This document shows positions 34,210 through 46,619 of a stretch of 64,000 nucleotides of DNA, in pieces. The DNA lies in NCBI GenBank assembly GCA_030390025.1, contig CM059432.1, forward strand, positions 81,036,001 through 81,100,000. Direction: 5' to 3'. How positions within the stretch are numbered: position 1 is the stretch's first letter; every line of letters begins with the position of its first letter. The position numbers and the translations under genes are program-made. Under the pieces are notes generated by a model, which made no database searches, was not told the origin of the DNA, and was given only the letters and a program-made list of their open reading frames with translations. The DNA is from Squalus acanthias. Taxonomy: Eukaryota.

Positions 34210-36567
34210 GCTTGGCAGCAAAATGGATTACAGGTCTCTCCAGGCTGAGATTCAAGGCTGCAATGAGCAGGGTGTGGCTGGGGAGCAAGTGGCCCCCCCC
34301 GCTTTAAGAAGTGTCCGGCGCCAGTGTGTCTGTGTTCCCTCGCTAACTGGCAGCAGCTGCGCTGCGCTCGTGCGCTGAGTTAGCGCCTCACTCCTAGGCC
34401 TTTGCGCCTTAAGAGAGGTGTGCAGCGCCTAATTTAGCGCTCCACTCACCTCCCGGGGCGGTAAAAGTGAAGTTTCCTGTCAGTGCCGATAATTAGCGCC
34501 AGGCGCTAATATTTGCGCGCGGACGATATTTGCGCCCCAAATGGGGCGCGACCTAATTTCTACCCCTAAGAGTTTAAAAAAACATAAAACTAAATTTTTT
34601 TCAATCATTTATACATTAAAAAACCTGTACAATAAGGTAAGGTTATTTTTAGCCCCTTTAAAACATTTAAATTTATTTAAAAAAAATTTTTTTTGTTTTA
34701 AGTATTTAATTAAATGGCATTATAATTAATTAACAATATGTAATGGTTTTTTAAAATTTATTTGATGTGTAGATGTATTTTTTTGGGTATTCCCATTCAT
34801 ACTTATGGCGTTTCCGTACATACGGAATTCCCATAAGCATGAATGGGGATTCCCTTCTTTCATTCGTTGGGCCAGCCCATGTCATCCCAGGGGCGCTCGC
34901 GAACCGCCTGCGCCCCTGTGGTACTTGGGCCTATACCCGCGGGTACCCAGAGAGGCCCAGGACAGCGAATCTCCGTACCTCCTTGACCACCAGGTACGCG
35001 GGCATTTTATTTGCGGATCGGAGGCATTTCCCCGCGGGAAGCCTCCGACCACAAATTCAGGGCATTAATGTCAAATTAATGTCAAGATCAACAGGACTGT
35101 CATCATCTATTTGCTTTGCAGGGATACCGTTACTGTTTTCATCATATAACAACTTACTTGTAACCCCAAGCATGGAGACCTGGTAGCAGCTTCTGAAAAA
35201 TTTATCTCATATTTTAGATTCATCCTTTTTACTTCACTCAGGCTTGTTTAAGAGCTGTATTTCTGAACCTTGCCAGCTGACATTATAGATAATTCAGTCA
35301 GACCCTTTTCATTTGGTTGAATTTATCTCTGCTCTGCACCTGCCATGTGACTTCTGTTCTATTGCTGAGTGTTTCATACTGTGAGATGCAGTTCAGTGTT
35401 CACATTTTATGATATTTGTGATATCTCCGGCAGAAATGAGTGAAGATGTTCAGTGCTTAAATACAGAGGAAATCACAATCCTAAGGATTTAAAGCCCTGC
35501 CATGGTCATCAATGTTAAAATCTGAAGCTGCATTGTTTTTTTGTCTGAATCAGACTCTGAACATGAGCTCTTACTGAAAACCAGGTCATGTAATTAGGGA
35601 CCAATCTTTTGTAGGTTTGTAATAAACAAAAAGGAATTAACGAAAATAAAACACCATGACAACATGTAACAACTAGTGTGAAAATGATAACTAGTTTGAA
35701 ATGTGGGTACAAACATTTTATTAATTAAAAAAAATAGGTTATTGCAGTCAGTATAACGTTAGTTGACAATCTGGGTTTCAGCTTTGACAGAAAAACAAAC
35801 GATTCGCAGATTGTGATCTCAAAACACTAGTAGAAATCCTGAAATCCAATGTACTATAAAGGATTTTTTAAATTTATTCAGATGCCTTGAAGCAATGGCC
35901 ATGGTTAAAATCCTTTATTTAGAAATATTATTATTTTTTTTGTTGCCAGCTTCTTTTGGTCTGTCAGCTTTTTTCACGTGATTCTTCAGCTTTTCGGTGT
36001 TTTGTAGGTTGGCATGTATGATGACAGTGTCCCATTCCGTCTTCTCTCCCTCACTATAGGTAACTCTCCCTCACTATAGGTAAGCACCTCCTACCTTCCC
36101 TACAGACCAAGTTGGGATCAGTAATTCATTGTGTGAGAAATTGAATAATGGTTGATTCTTAAAAATAAAAGCGAGATGATAGTCCCGATTTTGTTATCTG
36201 TCATGCCCTAATTTTAAATGCATATGAATTATAATGAACCAGGAAAGAGGGCAGAAATCACTCCTGCTCTTCCGGGCCCCACTATGGAAAGTATTTTTTA
36301 ACTTGCCTTGGAGGATCTCGCTGGTTTCCCAACAGGTCCACTGGCGGGGCGGGGTTAGAATGTCATCTGAGTCCCGTGCACATCATGGGATCCCGATCTG
36401 TATTTATTAATGAGGCTCTGGCTCCAGAGTCTGGCGGGAACGTTGCCGCCGCTAAAACCAGCAGCGCTAAAGTCACAGATTGGTGGGATTGGAGCGGGAA
36501 ATTAAGCCGCTTCATTTTAACTGGTTCCCTGCTCCTTTCCCACTGATTGGGGAGAGTTAAAATCAAT

Positions 36568-37430
36568 GTCTGCTTCTCCAAGGAAACAGTGAAAGACCTG
36601 TGTCACCTGCTACAGGATGACTTGCAGCCAACCTCCAGTACAAGCACGGAACTACCTGTTGCAGTAAACGTTACTGCAGCTCTGAATATTTTTTGCATGT
36701 GGCTACATCCAGGCTGTCACAAAGGCATCAGTAATATTAACTAATCTGCAGTCCCCACAAGCATCAAGCAGGTGATTCATGCCTCCTTTGCAAACGCTAA
36801 CACCTACATCACTTTCCCCATTGACATCCAAAAAGAACAGGAGAGGGCCCTGGGTTTTTGCAGATTGCAGGATCCAGAGTGACCCAGACTGTGTACATGT
36901 TGCCCTGAACACAATACAGTAACCTTCATGAGTCACAAGGAATTCCACTTCATCGATGTGCAGCTGGTCTGCAACCATCTGCACAGGACCATGCTGGTCA
37001 CTGACCATGCTCGAGGCAGCTGCCATATTGCTTTCATCTGAATGCCAATCATCCAATCCCCCATTATTTGACATAGGACAAGAAATGCGAAGTTTTTCCC
37101 TTAGAGACCAGGCTACTCATTGCAGATCTGGTTTATAACATCTATGTACCATCCACATACAGCTACTGAACAGAGGAACAGCGAGGTCCATGCTTTTATG
37201 AAAGCTGTTATTGAGCACATGGCAGGAATCTTAAAATAGTGATTCTGATTCCTTGACAGGTCTGGGTTTCCTCTAATACAGTCTAGCTCGAATGTCATGT
37301 ATCATTGTGTTTCGGTGAATGCTGCATAACAAGCACTCCACTTGGAGCTCCCAGGGGAGGAGGCCTATGGGGATGCTGAGAAGGTTGCTGTGGAGCAACA
37401 ATTGCCAGCTGCTAGATCCTTGGGGCTTCA
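36568..37430 (+). pseudogene. Old degraded Harbinger transposase
   Basis: FSKETVKDLCHLLQDDLQP...PVAVNVTAALN plus remnants of DCVHV, VQLVC and IEH..GILK; many stops. Confidence 0.75.
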
Positions 37431-37436
37431 TTTAAT

Positions 37437-37557
37437 TAAAAGAAAAGAAAGAAAGACTTGCATATATATAGCGCCTTTCACGACCACCTGATGTCTCAAA
37501 GCGCTTTACAGCCAATGAAGTACTTTTTGAAGTGGAGTCACTGTTGTAATGTGGGAA
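37437..37557 (-). mobile_element. 3' tail of Deu-SINE (or its partner LINE)
   Basis: Near-identical to 12561-12670. Confidence 0.75.
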
Positions 37558-37682
37558 ATTACTGATTATTAATTCCATAGCTGTCCTAATACACCTGCCA
37601 GCCACCTTCTGCAGCACCTGCATATTTGCATCCTTCAAACCACAGCAACAATGACTCCACTACTGCCAAATGGACCATTCAT

Positions 37683-38677
37683 TTCACCTAGCTTTTATTG
37701 ATTTGTGTATATGGACACCTAAATTCTTTTGCTCCTCCATAGCTCCTAGTCTCACACCATTAAGAAAATATTCCGATTTATCTTTCTTGCATTCATTACA
37801 TTTTCCTGCATTGAACTCTATCTGGCATAGTTTTGCCACTTCACTTAGTCTGCCTATGTCCCTTTGAAACTTTCTGCTCCCATCCACACAACTTACTGTC
37901 CCTTCTAACTGAGTGTCATCTGAAAACTTAGAACTCTCTGGGGGCTAAATTCGGTTGATTTGCGCCTCCCGTTAGTGCCCTAAGAGGGTGCAAATCAGCT
38001 AGCGCCTGGACACGACGCCGCTAACACCTCCCGCGAAATTCAGCGGGAGGTAGCGCCGCCGGCAATGGCGTCATCGCCGTGCGCAGTGCCCCACTCGCGC
38101 CCCGGCTGCAATATTGGGTGGTGCCCCCCCGGCTTACTGCTGGGCGCTATGTCCGCCAGGGTCAGGGGGGCCTACCTGCGGCTAGGGGTGGCGCTAGTTA
38201 AAGAGGAGGTGGCGGGCAGCCATTTTTGTTGCCGGCCGCCTGCCAGCACCTGCCCCCATTGCTGCCCCCGGCCCCCGTGAAGCTCCCCCGCGGAGTGCCG
38301 GCTGCTCTCCGTGAGCCCGGCACTCCTCTTGAGTGCTGGGCTCGTTTGCCGGCACTCCCGATCCTTGGTGGCCCAGCTGGGCGCCGGGACGTGCTGCGCC
38401 AGGCCACTCCCCTTTAATAAGAGGAGGAAGGCCTGGAGTACTGCGGCACGTAGCGCTGCGATATTGGCTCGCAGCGCCCCCAAGAGGGACGTGAGGCGTT
38501 TCCAGTAGCTCCCCTCCTCCCTCTCGGGGCGCTACCTGGGAAAATCGGCCGCGGGGGCACTAACTTCTTCGGGGCGCTAAAATTAGGGGGCGCTACCCAA
38601 TTTTTACCCCTCTATTCCTTCATCAAAGTCAGTAAAATAAATGGTGAAAAGCTGAGGCCACAGTACAGATCTCTGGG
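37683..38677 (-). mobile_element. Old CR1 fragment split by a MITE
   Basis: QRDIGRL...FNAGKC...YFLNG...LGVHIH on minus; continues after 38611. Confidence 0.65.
37940..38610 (-). mobile_element. GC-rich Harbinger MITE (family B-like)
   Basis: TIRs GGGGGCTAAATT / AATTTTTACCCC, TCT TSD; inverted relative to 58413. Confidence 0.85.
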
Positions 38678-39682
38678 GATTGATCATCAAACCTGCTGAC
38701 AAGGGTGGCACTGTTGTTGTTTGGCGAACCGATCTCTACCTTGCGGAGGCTGAACGCCAACTCTCTGACACCTCCTCCTACCTCCCCTGGACCATGACCC
38801 CACTACCGAACATCAAGCCATCATTTCCAAGACTGTCACTGACCTCATCTCCTCTGGAGATATCCCTCTACGGCCTCCAACCTCATAGTTTCCCAACCCC
38901 GCACTGTCCGCTTCTACCTCCTTCCCAAGATCCACAAACAGGACTGCCTTGGTAGACCCATCCTTTCAGCCTGTTCTTGCCCCATGGAACTGATTTCTTC
39001 TTAGCTCGACTCTATTTTTTCTCCATTTGTCCAGTCTCTTCCCACCTACATCTGTGACTCTTCTGATGCCCTCGGCCAAATGGCCTACTGCTGCTCCTAT
39101 TTCTTATTACTAATGTTTAACAGTTTCCAGTTTCCTGGTCCTAACCGTCTCCTTTTCACCATGGACGTCCAATCCTTATACACCTCCATCCCCCACCAGG
39201 ACAGCCCAACCAGTCCCCATTCACCACTACCCACCTCTGCCTGGCTGAATTTGTTCTCATATTGAACAACTTCTCTTTTTACTCCACTCACTTCCTCCAA
39301 ATAAAAGGTGTTGCTATGGGAACCCGCATAGGTCCTAGCTATGCCTGCCTTTTCGTGGGATAGTGGAACATTCTTTGTTCCAATCCTACTCAGGTCCTCT
39401 CCCTCACCTCTTTTTCTGGTACGTTGATGACTGTATCAGTGCCGTTTCCTGCTCTCGCCCTGAACTGGAAAATTTTATTCACTTTGCTTCCAATTTCCAC
39501 CCTTCCCTCACCTTCACATTGTCTGACTCTTCCCTTTCCTTCCTCGACTTCTCTGTCTCCATTTCTGGGGATAGGCTATCGACCAATATTCACTATAAGC
39601 CCACTGACTCCCACAGCTATCTTGACTACACTTCCTCCCACCCTGCTTCCTGTAAGGACTCTATTCCATTCTCTCAGTTTCT
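38678..39682 (+). mobile_element. Penelope-like element RT fragment
   Basis: IIKPADKGG, FTMDVQSLYTSIPH, GVAMGT, YVDD and YKPTDSHSYL motifs with frameshifts; short CR1 tail embedded ~39075-39108. Confidence 0.85.
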
Positions 39683-40172
39683 TCCTACCAAAGTGAATAA
39701 CCTCACATTTCCTCACATTATACTCCATCTGCCACCTTATTGCCCGCTCACTTAATCTGTCTATATCCCTTTGCAGGCTCTTTGTGTCCTCCTCACAGCT
39801 TACTTTCCCAACTAACTTTGTATCGTCAGCAAAGTTGGATACATCACACTCGGTCCCTTCATCTAAGTCATTTAATATAGATTATAAATAGCTGAGGCCC
39901 AAGCACTGATCCTTATGGCACCCTACTAGTCACAGCCCAGCAATCTGAAAATGATCCGTTGATCTCTACCCTCTGTTTTCTGTCCGTTAACCAATCCTCT
40001 ATCCATGCTAATATATTACCCCCAACTCCATGAGCCCTTATGTTGCTTAGCAACCTTTTATGTGGCACCTGATTGAATGCCTTTTGGAAATCCAAATATA
40101 CTACATGCACTGGTCCCCCTTTATCTACCCTGCTAGTTACATCCTCAAAAAACTCTAGCAAATTTGTCAAAC
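39680..40172 (-). mobile_element. CR1 RT internal fragment
   Basis: LTNLLEFFEDVT...YLDFQKAF...FADD on minus. Confidence 0.85.
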
Positions 40173-40938
40173 AAGTAACATTCGCGCCATACAAGTGCCA
40201 AGCAACGACTGTCTCCAACAAGTGAGAATCTAACCACCACCCCTTGACCTTCAATGGCATTACCATCACCGAAACCCCTACCATCAACATCCTGGGAGTC
40301 ACTATTGACCAGAAACTTAACTGGACCAGCCACATAAATACTGTGACTACAAGAGCAGGTCAGAGGCTGGGTATTCTGCGGCAAGTGTCTCACCTCCTGA
40401 CTCCCTAAAGCCTTTCCACCATCTACAAGGTCCAAGTCAGGAGTGTAATGGAATACTCTCCACTTGCCTGGATGAGTGCAGCTCCAACAACACTCAAGAA
40501 GCTTGACACCATCCAGTACAAAGCAGCCTGCTTGATTGGCACCCCATCCACCACCGGCGTTCCGTGGCTGCAGTGTGCACCATCTACAAATGCACTGCAG
40601 CAACTCGCCAAGGCTTCTTCGACAGCACTTCCCAAACCCACAAACTCTACTACCTAGAAGGACAAGGGCAGCAGGCGCATGGGAACACCACCACCTCCAA
40701 GTTCCCCTTCAAGTCACACACCATCCTGACTTGGAAATATATCGCCATTCCTTCATAGTCACTTGTTCAAAATCCTGGAACACCCTCCCTAACAGCACTG
40801 TGGGAGTACCTTCAACACGCAGATTGCAGTGGTTCAAGAAGCCGGCTCACCACCACCTTCTCAAGGGCAATTAGGGATGGGCAATAAATGCTGGCCTTGC
40901 CAGCGACGTCCACATCCCAGGAACAAATAAAATAAAAA
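40170..40938 (+). mobile_element. 3' end of second LINE family (same as 5414-6326)
   Basis: RSVMEYSPLAWMSAAPTTLKKLDTIQ and an A-rich tail. Confidence 0.85.
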
Positions 40939-40984
40939 CTGGAGGGCTCCTTCCGAGCGGTTATGGCAGCGGAACCATTGATTT

Positions 40985-42229
40985 AGCACCCCGATGGTCA
41001 ACTCAATGATGTTCCTCGTGGCAGCATGGCTGTTATTATATGAGTGCTGGCCATGAGTGGTGGGGAGCCATCAGCCAGGTGTATAGCGGATAGCCCTTAT
41101 CTCCGAGCAGCCACCCTCGGGTTCAACATGGTGGCTGGAAGATTGCTGGCACACCGGACTGGCGCAGGGTGAAGGCATCACGACTGCTGCCGGGTTACTA
41201 GGTATTCACCATCATGATGCGCTGGTCTTGGTCGCACAACAACTGCACATTAAGTGAGTGGTAGCCTTTGCGATTGCGATACATCTCAGGATTGGTATGC
41301 GGCGCCCGCAAAGCTACGTGTGTGGCGCCCTGCACCATGGGGAAGCCTGATCTCCTGGCAAAGAGAGAAGACAATGAAGTCCCTTCTCCTGGAGTACAAA
41401 CCTCTGTGACCTCCTGGATGCAGCGATGGATGGCAAACTGGGAGATGTTAGCTATGTCTCCTGCTCCTCACTGGAAGGATCCGGTGGCAATAAAATTGAG
41501 GGCAACGGTAGCCTTGAGGGCCACTAGGAGATCCGTCATCGGCCTGCTCTGAGGCTGCAGGTCTGATTGCAGGAGGTGGCAGAGTTCTGTAACCACCTCC
41601 TTGGTGAAGTGGAGCCTCCTAATACATGGCTCATGGCTTAGGTGTAAATAGGAGAGGTGCTCTGGAAGACCCTAGGTGGGTAAGGCCTCCTGCTGAGACC
41701 CCTCCTGCCCCTCCTCCCTCTGCGAGCATCTTGTCCTCTTCTTCGCTGCCTCCGTTCCATCTCCCTGTCATACTCGAGTGCGAGGGATCTGCAAGTAGCG
41801 CCACCATGACTGGGAGTAAGTGGTCTGAGCAGAACCCTTTAAATGAGAAGCAAGGCGTTCTCCACTTGCAGCAACACTCCCTGTCACCTCAGCACTTTTA
41901 AAGTACTCTAGAAAGCTCCAAACGGTTGCACAAACCACAGAGCCAGTACAAATCAAAAAGCAAGTCAGCTGCAAGTTGTACTGTTGATGATACTTTAAAT
42001 AGTGCTGCTGGGGGTCCTTCCTGCTGTTGAAAGCATGGTCAGCAGGTCGTGATTAGAGGGCGTTAAATGGAGCGCGACGTCGAAAATGGCAGATCATGCG
42101 TCAAATCAGCGTTGCACACTCATTGATGTCATGATCTGCCTCATCTACATATCTGCAGAAGCAAAGGAGCCATTTTTTCTTTCAAACTGTCCTGAACGTC
42201 CAGCGCTAAAGGCTCCAATTTCGCGGCCG
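40985..42229 (-). mobile_element. Decayed Harbinger: transposase 5' two-thirds plus one terminus
   Basis: Minus: RRLHFTKEVVTELCHLLQ, VALNFIATGSFQ, NRKGYHSLNVQLLCD, LLGDKGY; terminus CCAATTTCGCGGCC ~42228. Confidence 0.8.
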
Positions 42230-43974
42230 CAGACTCCAATAGTTAAGCCAAGCTAATGTGAGTGGTGTTGCTTGATTAGAGCACAAATAGATGAATCAGG
42301 CGTGGAGGCAGCAATTCACAACACTCCTCTAACTTTCAGTTCATTGATTCTAATGGTTGGAAAATTGAGAGCTCTGTGAATCAGGCAGGCACACTCTGCT
42401 CCCCATTCTCCAATCTTCTTTCCTGTCAAGTGAGACTCTGTATGAGGAGTGGATTTTCATAATTTCAGGGTTATAGGAAATAGATCCAATTGCAACATTT
42501 AAATCTTTGTTGCAAATGGTTTGAGTCAAGCCCCATGAATATATTAATGATAGCAGGACTCACGGGATAAAACAGCATCACATGTAACTGAATATTCCAG
42601 AAACTGGCAGTTGCACCCAGGAGAATGAACAGGCAAAATGCCGAAGGGTTCAAATCTACACATAAAATGAGAATGAAAAATTGATGTTGAAAATATTACT
42701 TCAAAATAATTAAGTTTCCTCGTGCAGTGCTTGCAATGCCATAGTAGATCTATTCAATTTTGATAGCTTTAACTGCTAAACAAAATGAGTAAAATAAAAC
42801 CAGTTTCACCAGTATTATTTAAGTGTGATGTATATTTTAAAATATGTAACTTTGTTCTATTCATAGGTTTACAGAGTACTGGTTGATGAGTTTTTGGGAT
42901 GATTCAACACTTAAATGATCCTTTACAATGTGTTACTTGGATCATCTTTGCCATAGAAGTGTGAAATTCAGGCCCCATAGTCTCCCCAGAAAGGTGTTCA
43001 GTTGACTTGATGGTGCTCTAAATGGCAGCATATTGGAGCAGTGGAGAGGAAATTTGCTGAACTTGTGCGTGTGTGGTGAGCAGATTGATCAGTGAGCCAA
43101 TCTATTCTACCAATTCTGCCCATTCAAACTGCATACCAAGTTATTGTACACCTGGATAGACTGCACAATTGTATGGACATTGTCAGTGGTCTGATGAAAA
43201 TTCTTGTAGTTAAGTGCCAGAATCTATCTTGTATGACTGACATGTACCATGGTCTGTGATTGTATAGCCTCAGGTCTGTATAACATATCCCAGAGAAGAC
43301 CCTAGGAAGGACAGGGTGACAGAGGAAGGATCTTCCTGCTACTTGACAACACAGCATGACTTCCAATCTCTGGATGGTGTGCTTTTGATAGCTGTTTTTG
43401 GTTCCCCTAACCCTCTTGAGTCTTGTCACTACTCTTCTCAGATGGTAATTGTTTCAGGGTTGGATTTGGCAAAGCTGGGCAGAGATTTATCTGTCAAGAG
43501 AAGAATGGAGTCCAAAATAAAAGTGCAAATATGTCAATTTTTTTCAGAAGCTGAACTCCTTATCCTTGTCAAAAAGTCATCAAACATAATATTGCTTTAT
43601 TCTGCACAACAAATGTATTATCAACCACAGAAGCCTACACTTCCCCAGCTCCATTAATTACTTTGGACTATCCCTTCAATCACTCTTGAACTACTCCTCA
43701 ACCCCACTATCCTCCCTCTTCTTTGCTGCACTGTAACTTGCCTCATTCTTAACCCATCATCCTGTCTTATCCACTCACTCTCACTGGGTGGGTGCTGAGG
43801 TCAGAATCTCCCTCACCTCAACTCATTTTTCTCCTCCCTCCTACTCTCCCTTACTATCTGTTTCCCTCAGCGAGGCTTTGTTCACTTTCAAAATTCAACT
43901 TGTTGCTCTGTCTCTTACACACAGACATACACACATTTTAAAAAACATCGCTTAATGTAAATGTTACCTTAGTG

Positions 43975-44718
43975 AAGTCGGACTTGGACAACACCCACAC
44001 TTGGGCTGACAAGTGCAGGGAACATTCATGCCAGATAAGTGCCAAATAATGATAATTTCCATCAAAAATAAAGTGCAACCACTTCTCCTTGGCCTTAATA
44101 GCACCACCATTGCCAAGTCATCCACTATCAACATCCTGGGGGGTCACCACAGACCAGAGCTTAATTGGACCATTCATTGCTACAGCAACTGGGTAGTAGC
44201 TAGGTACTCTGTAATGTGTGGCTCACATCCTGACCGCTCAAAGCTTCTCCAGCACTGATGAGGCTCAATTCAGAAGTGTGCTGGAATATTTACCACTCCC
44301 CTGAATGGGTGCAGCCACAATAAAAATGAAGAAGCTTGATGTCATCCAGGATAAACCAGTCTGCTTGATCAGCACCCCTATCACTGGTCATCATAGCCAT
44401 TCTCTCCACTACCAGCACACAGTGGGTGCTGTATGTATTGCAGCATCTCACCATCTTTACTTCAGCAGCATCTCCCAGCCCTGCAACTAATATCACCGAG
44501 GACAAATGCAGCAAAAGTTCTGACTTGGACATATTGCCATTCCGTCATCATTGCTGGGTCAAAATTCTGGCATTCCCTACCCAACACCACACCATCACCC
44601 ACCGACTGCAGCAGTTCAAGAAGGTGGCCCAAGCTTCCACCACCACCTCATGGCAAGTAGAACTGTGCAACAAGTGTGGTCTTGTTAGTATCACACACAT
44701 CCCATGAACAAAAATAAA
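43975..44718 (+). mobile_element. Older copy of second LINE family 3' end
   Basis: WADK..., AQFRSVLEY, KKLDVIQDK and the same 3' tail. Confidence 0.75.
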
Positions 44719-44770
44719 GCATAGGGGTGCTCAGAGAATAGTTGAGTGTTCTTACCTTTGTAAGTTGTTT

Positions 44771-45662
44771 GGGGGAAAAATTTGCTTGCTTTGCACCTCC
44801 CGTTAGCGCTCTAAGAGGGCGCTAATGGGGCGCAAAGCAACTAGCGTCCGGGCGCGGCGATGTTTGTGGCGCTCGCGAAATTGACCAGACATTTTGCGGC
44901 GGCGCTAAACACTACCACCACGATCTCCTGCCCCCGCAGACCGTGACGTCAGTCGAGCGTGCAACACCCCAGTAGCGCCCCGGACCGGATATTGAGTGGC
45001 ACCCCCTGCCTTACCGCCTGCCGCTAACAATGACAGGTTGAGGGGAGCGTTTTGCAGTCATGAAGGGACTGGGGGAGCGCTATTTAAAGGCGGCTGCTTC
45101 CTGCCTTTTTTTGTTGCCGATATTTTTGCACCACGCATTCTGAGAGAGAGAGAGAGACTTCTGGAGAGATTCAACGCTACGTGAAGGAGTTTTGGGTACT
45201 GAGCAGCACTTCGCAGGTTCATTTTGACTTGACCTTCCTTGCATTGATTTAGAAGAGACTGTGGGGGCTGCACTCTGAGCTCTTTCCCTGGATCTCTCCA
45301 TTGTTCTTTCCAGCAGATTTGATGTACAGGTCTCTCCAGGCTGAGATTCAAGGCTGCAATGAGCAGGGTGTAGATGGAGAGCAAGATCGACCCTCCCCTT
45401 TAAGAACTGGCCGGCGCCAGTGTGTCTGTGTTCCATTGCTGACTGACATCACATGAGCTTCGCCAGCGCTCTGAGGTAGCGCCTAGCTCCTTGGCGTTAG
45501 CGCCTTAAGAGAGGTGTGTAGCACCTGATTTAGCGCTCCAATCACCTCCAGGGGCGATAGAAGCCAAGTTTGCAGTCGGAGCCAATAATTAGCGCCAGGC
45601 GCTAAACTTTGCGCCCGGCCGATAATTGCGCCCCAAACGGGGCGATACCGAATTTCTCCCCC
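44771..45662 (+). mobile_element. Internal-deletion derivative of the 30278-type Harbinger
   Basis: TIRs GGGGGAAAAATT / AATTTCTCCCCC, TTT TSD; colinear with 30278-30801 and 34184-34566. Confidence 0.9.
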
Positions 45663-46425
45663 TTTCTATTTGACATAGGTTTGGTATTGTCCCAAATTTC
45701 TGACATGCAGTATTTTGCCCCCATAATTTCACAGTCATAAAGTTTGCAGTGGTCTCTGTTATAATTTGAGTTCTCTCTAGATACATTTGATGCATGCTTC
45801 ATGTAAAAGTCAATTTCCATATGCTTCCTATGAACCAAATTTGACCTTGTGTGCGAAGTATCCAGGACAGTAGCCCCCCGAGGAATGAATCCTCTTGCCA
45901 ATGACTGATAAGAGTAAATACCAGAGTAACTGATCACTAGTTTAGACTAAAACTACTAAATTATGGCCTAGAAATTCAAAGTGTTTGCGCTGGTCTATAA
46001 GGTCTGTTCCAGCAAAAAAAATGGCGGCTGCCTCACTTCTGCCCACCTCTGCCACGGGACAGCGCAGCTGACATTTTGGTAAGGGCCATAGCCGCTGGCC
46101 CCTAAAATGTAAATGAGCAGAGTGTGACGTGCACGCCAACTTGACGCCACATCTACAAACTTCGACCTTTCATTCTGTTTAATGCTGGGTACTAAGCACA
46201 GTCAGAAAAGCATGTGTGAAGCAGCCCTGCACAGACGCTGTCAGCAGTTCTTAAAGGAACACGCACATCTTTCAGGTAAGTTTAGATTTAAGCTTTTGGA
46301 CTTTTAAAAATATTTTATTGAAGTAATGACTTGATGCAATAGATGTTAAAAGTTTTTAAAGTGTGCAGGGAGTGCTGTTGGATGCTTGCAAGGCTTCAGA
46401 TGGTAAAGGAAGGCCTCTGAGAAGA

Positions 46426-46566
46426 CAGAAAATGCTGGAAATACTCAGCAGGTCAGGCCACAGCCATGGAGAGAGAAACAGAGTTCACATCTCCGGTCCA
46501 GATGCTGCCTGACCTGCTGACTATTTCCAGCATTTTCTGCTTTTATTTCAGATTTCCAGCATCTGC
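46426..46566. repeat. 33-bp-arm hairpin repeat (Penelope-terminus-like)
   Basis: Arms 46426-46458 and 46507-46539 are 32/33 complementary. Confidence 0.7.
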
Positions 46567-46619
46567 TCACTGAGGGAAGAGGAAGAAGCAGAAGAGGAGG
46601 AAGTGGAAGGAATGATGCA

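Larger units (their letters stand above)
30278..34566 (+). mobile_element. Near-intact autonomous Harbinger/PIF transposon (4289 bp)
   Basis: TIRs GGGGTAAAAATT / AATTTCTACCCC, TAA TSD (30275-30277, 34567-34569), convergent transposase and Myb/SANT genes, CpG-rich ends. Confidence 0.95.
30093..35064 (+). mobile_element. Harbinger-type MITE (family D), host of the autonomous element
   Basis: 30093-30277 plus 34570-35064 reconstitute an element colinear with the uninterrupted copy at 50851-51610; imperfect TIRs, ends approximate. Confidence 0.8.

Noticed and set aside
33661..34221. 186-aa ORF with repeated AYSKGYSPMGGTSGKTMA
   Set aside because: Read-through of Myb exon 1 into intron 1; the canonical donor at 33972 and homologous gene structures show the repeat is intronic.
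36050..36081. T7-promoter or vector contamination (CTCACTATAGG twice)
   Set aside because: Lacks TAATACGA and any other vector sequence; a local 20-bp duplication.
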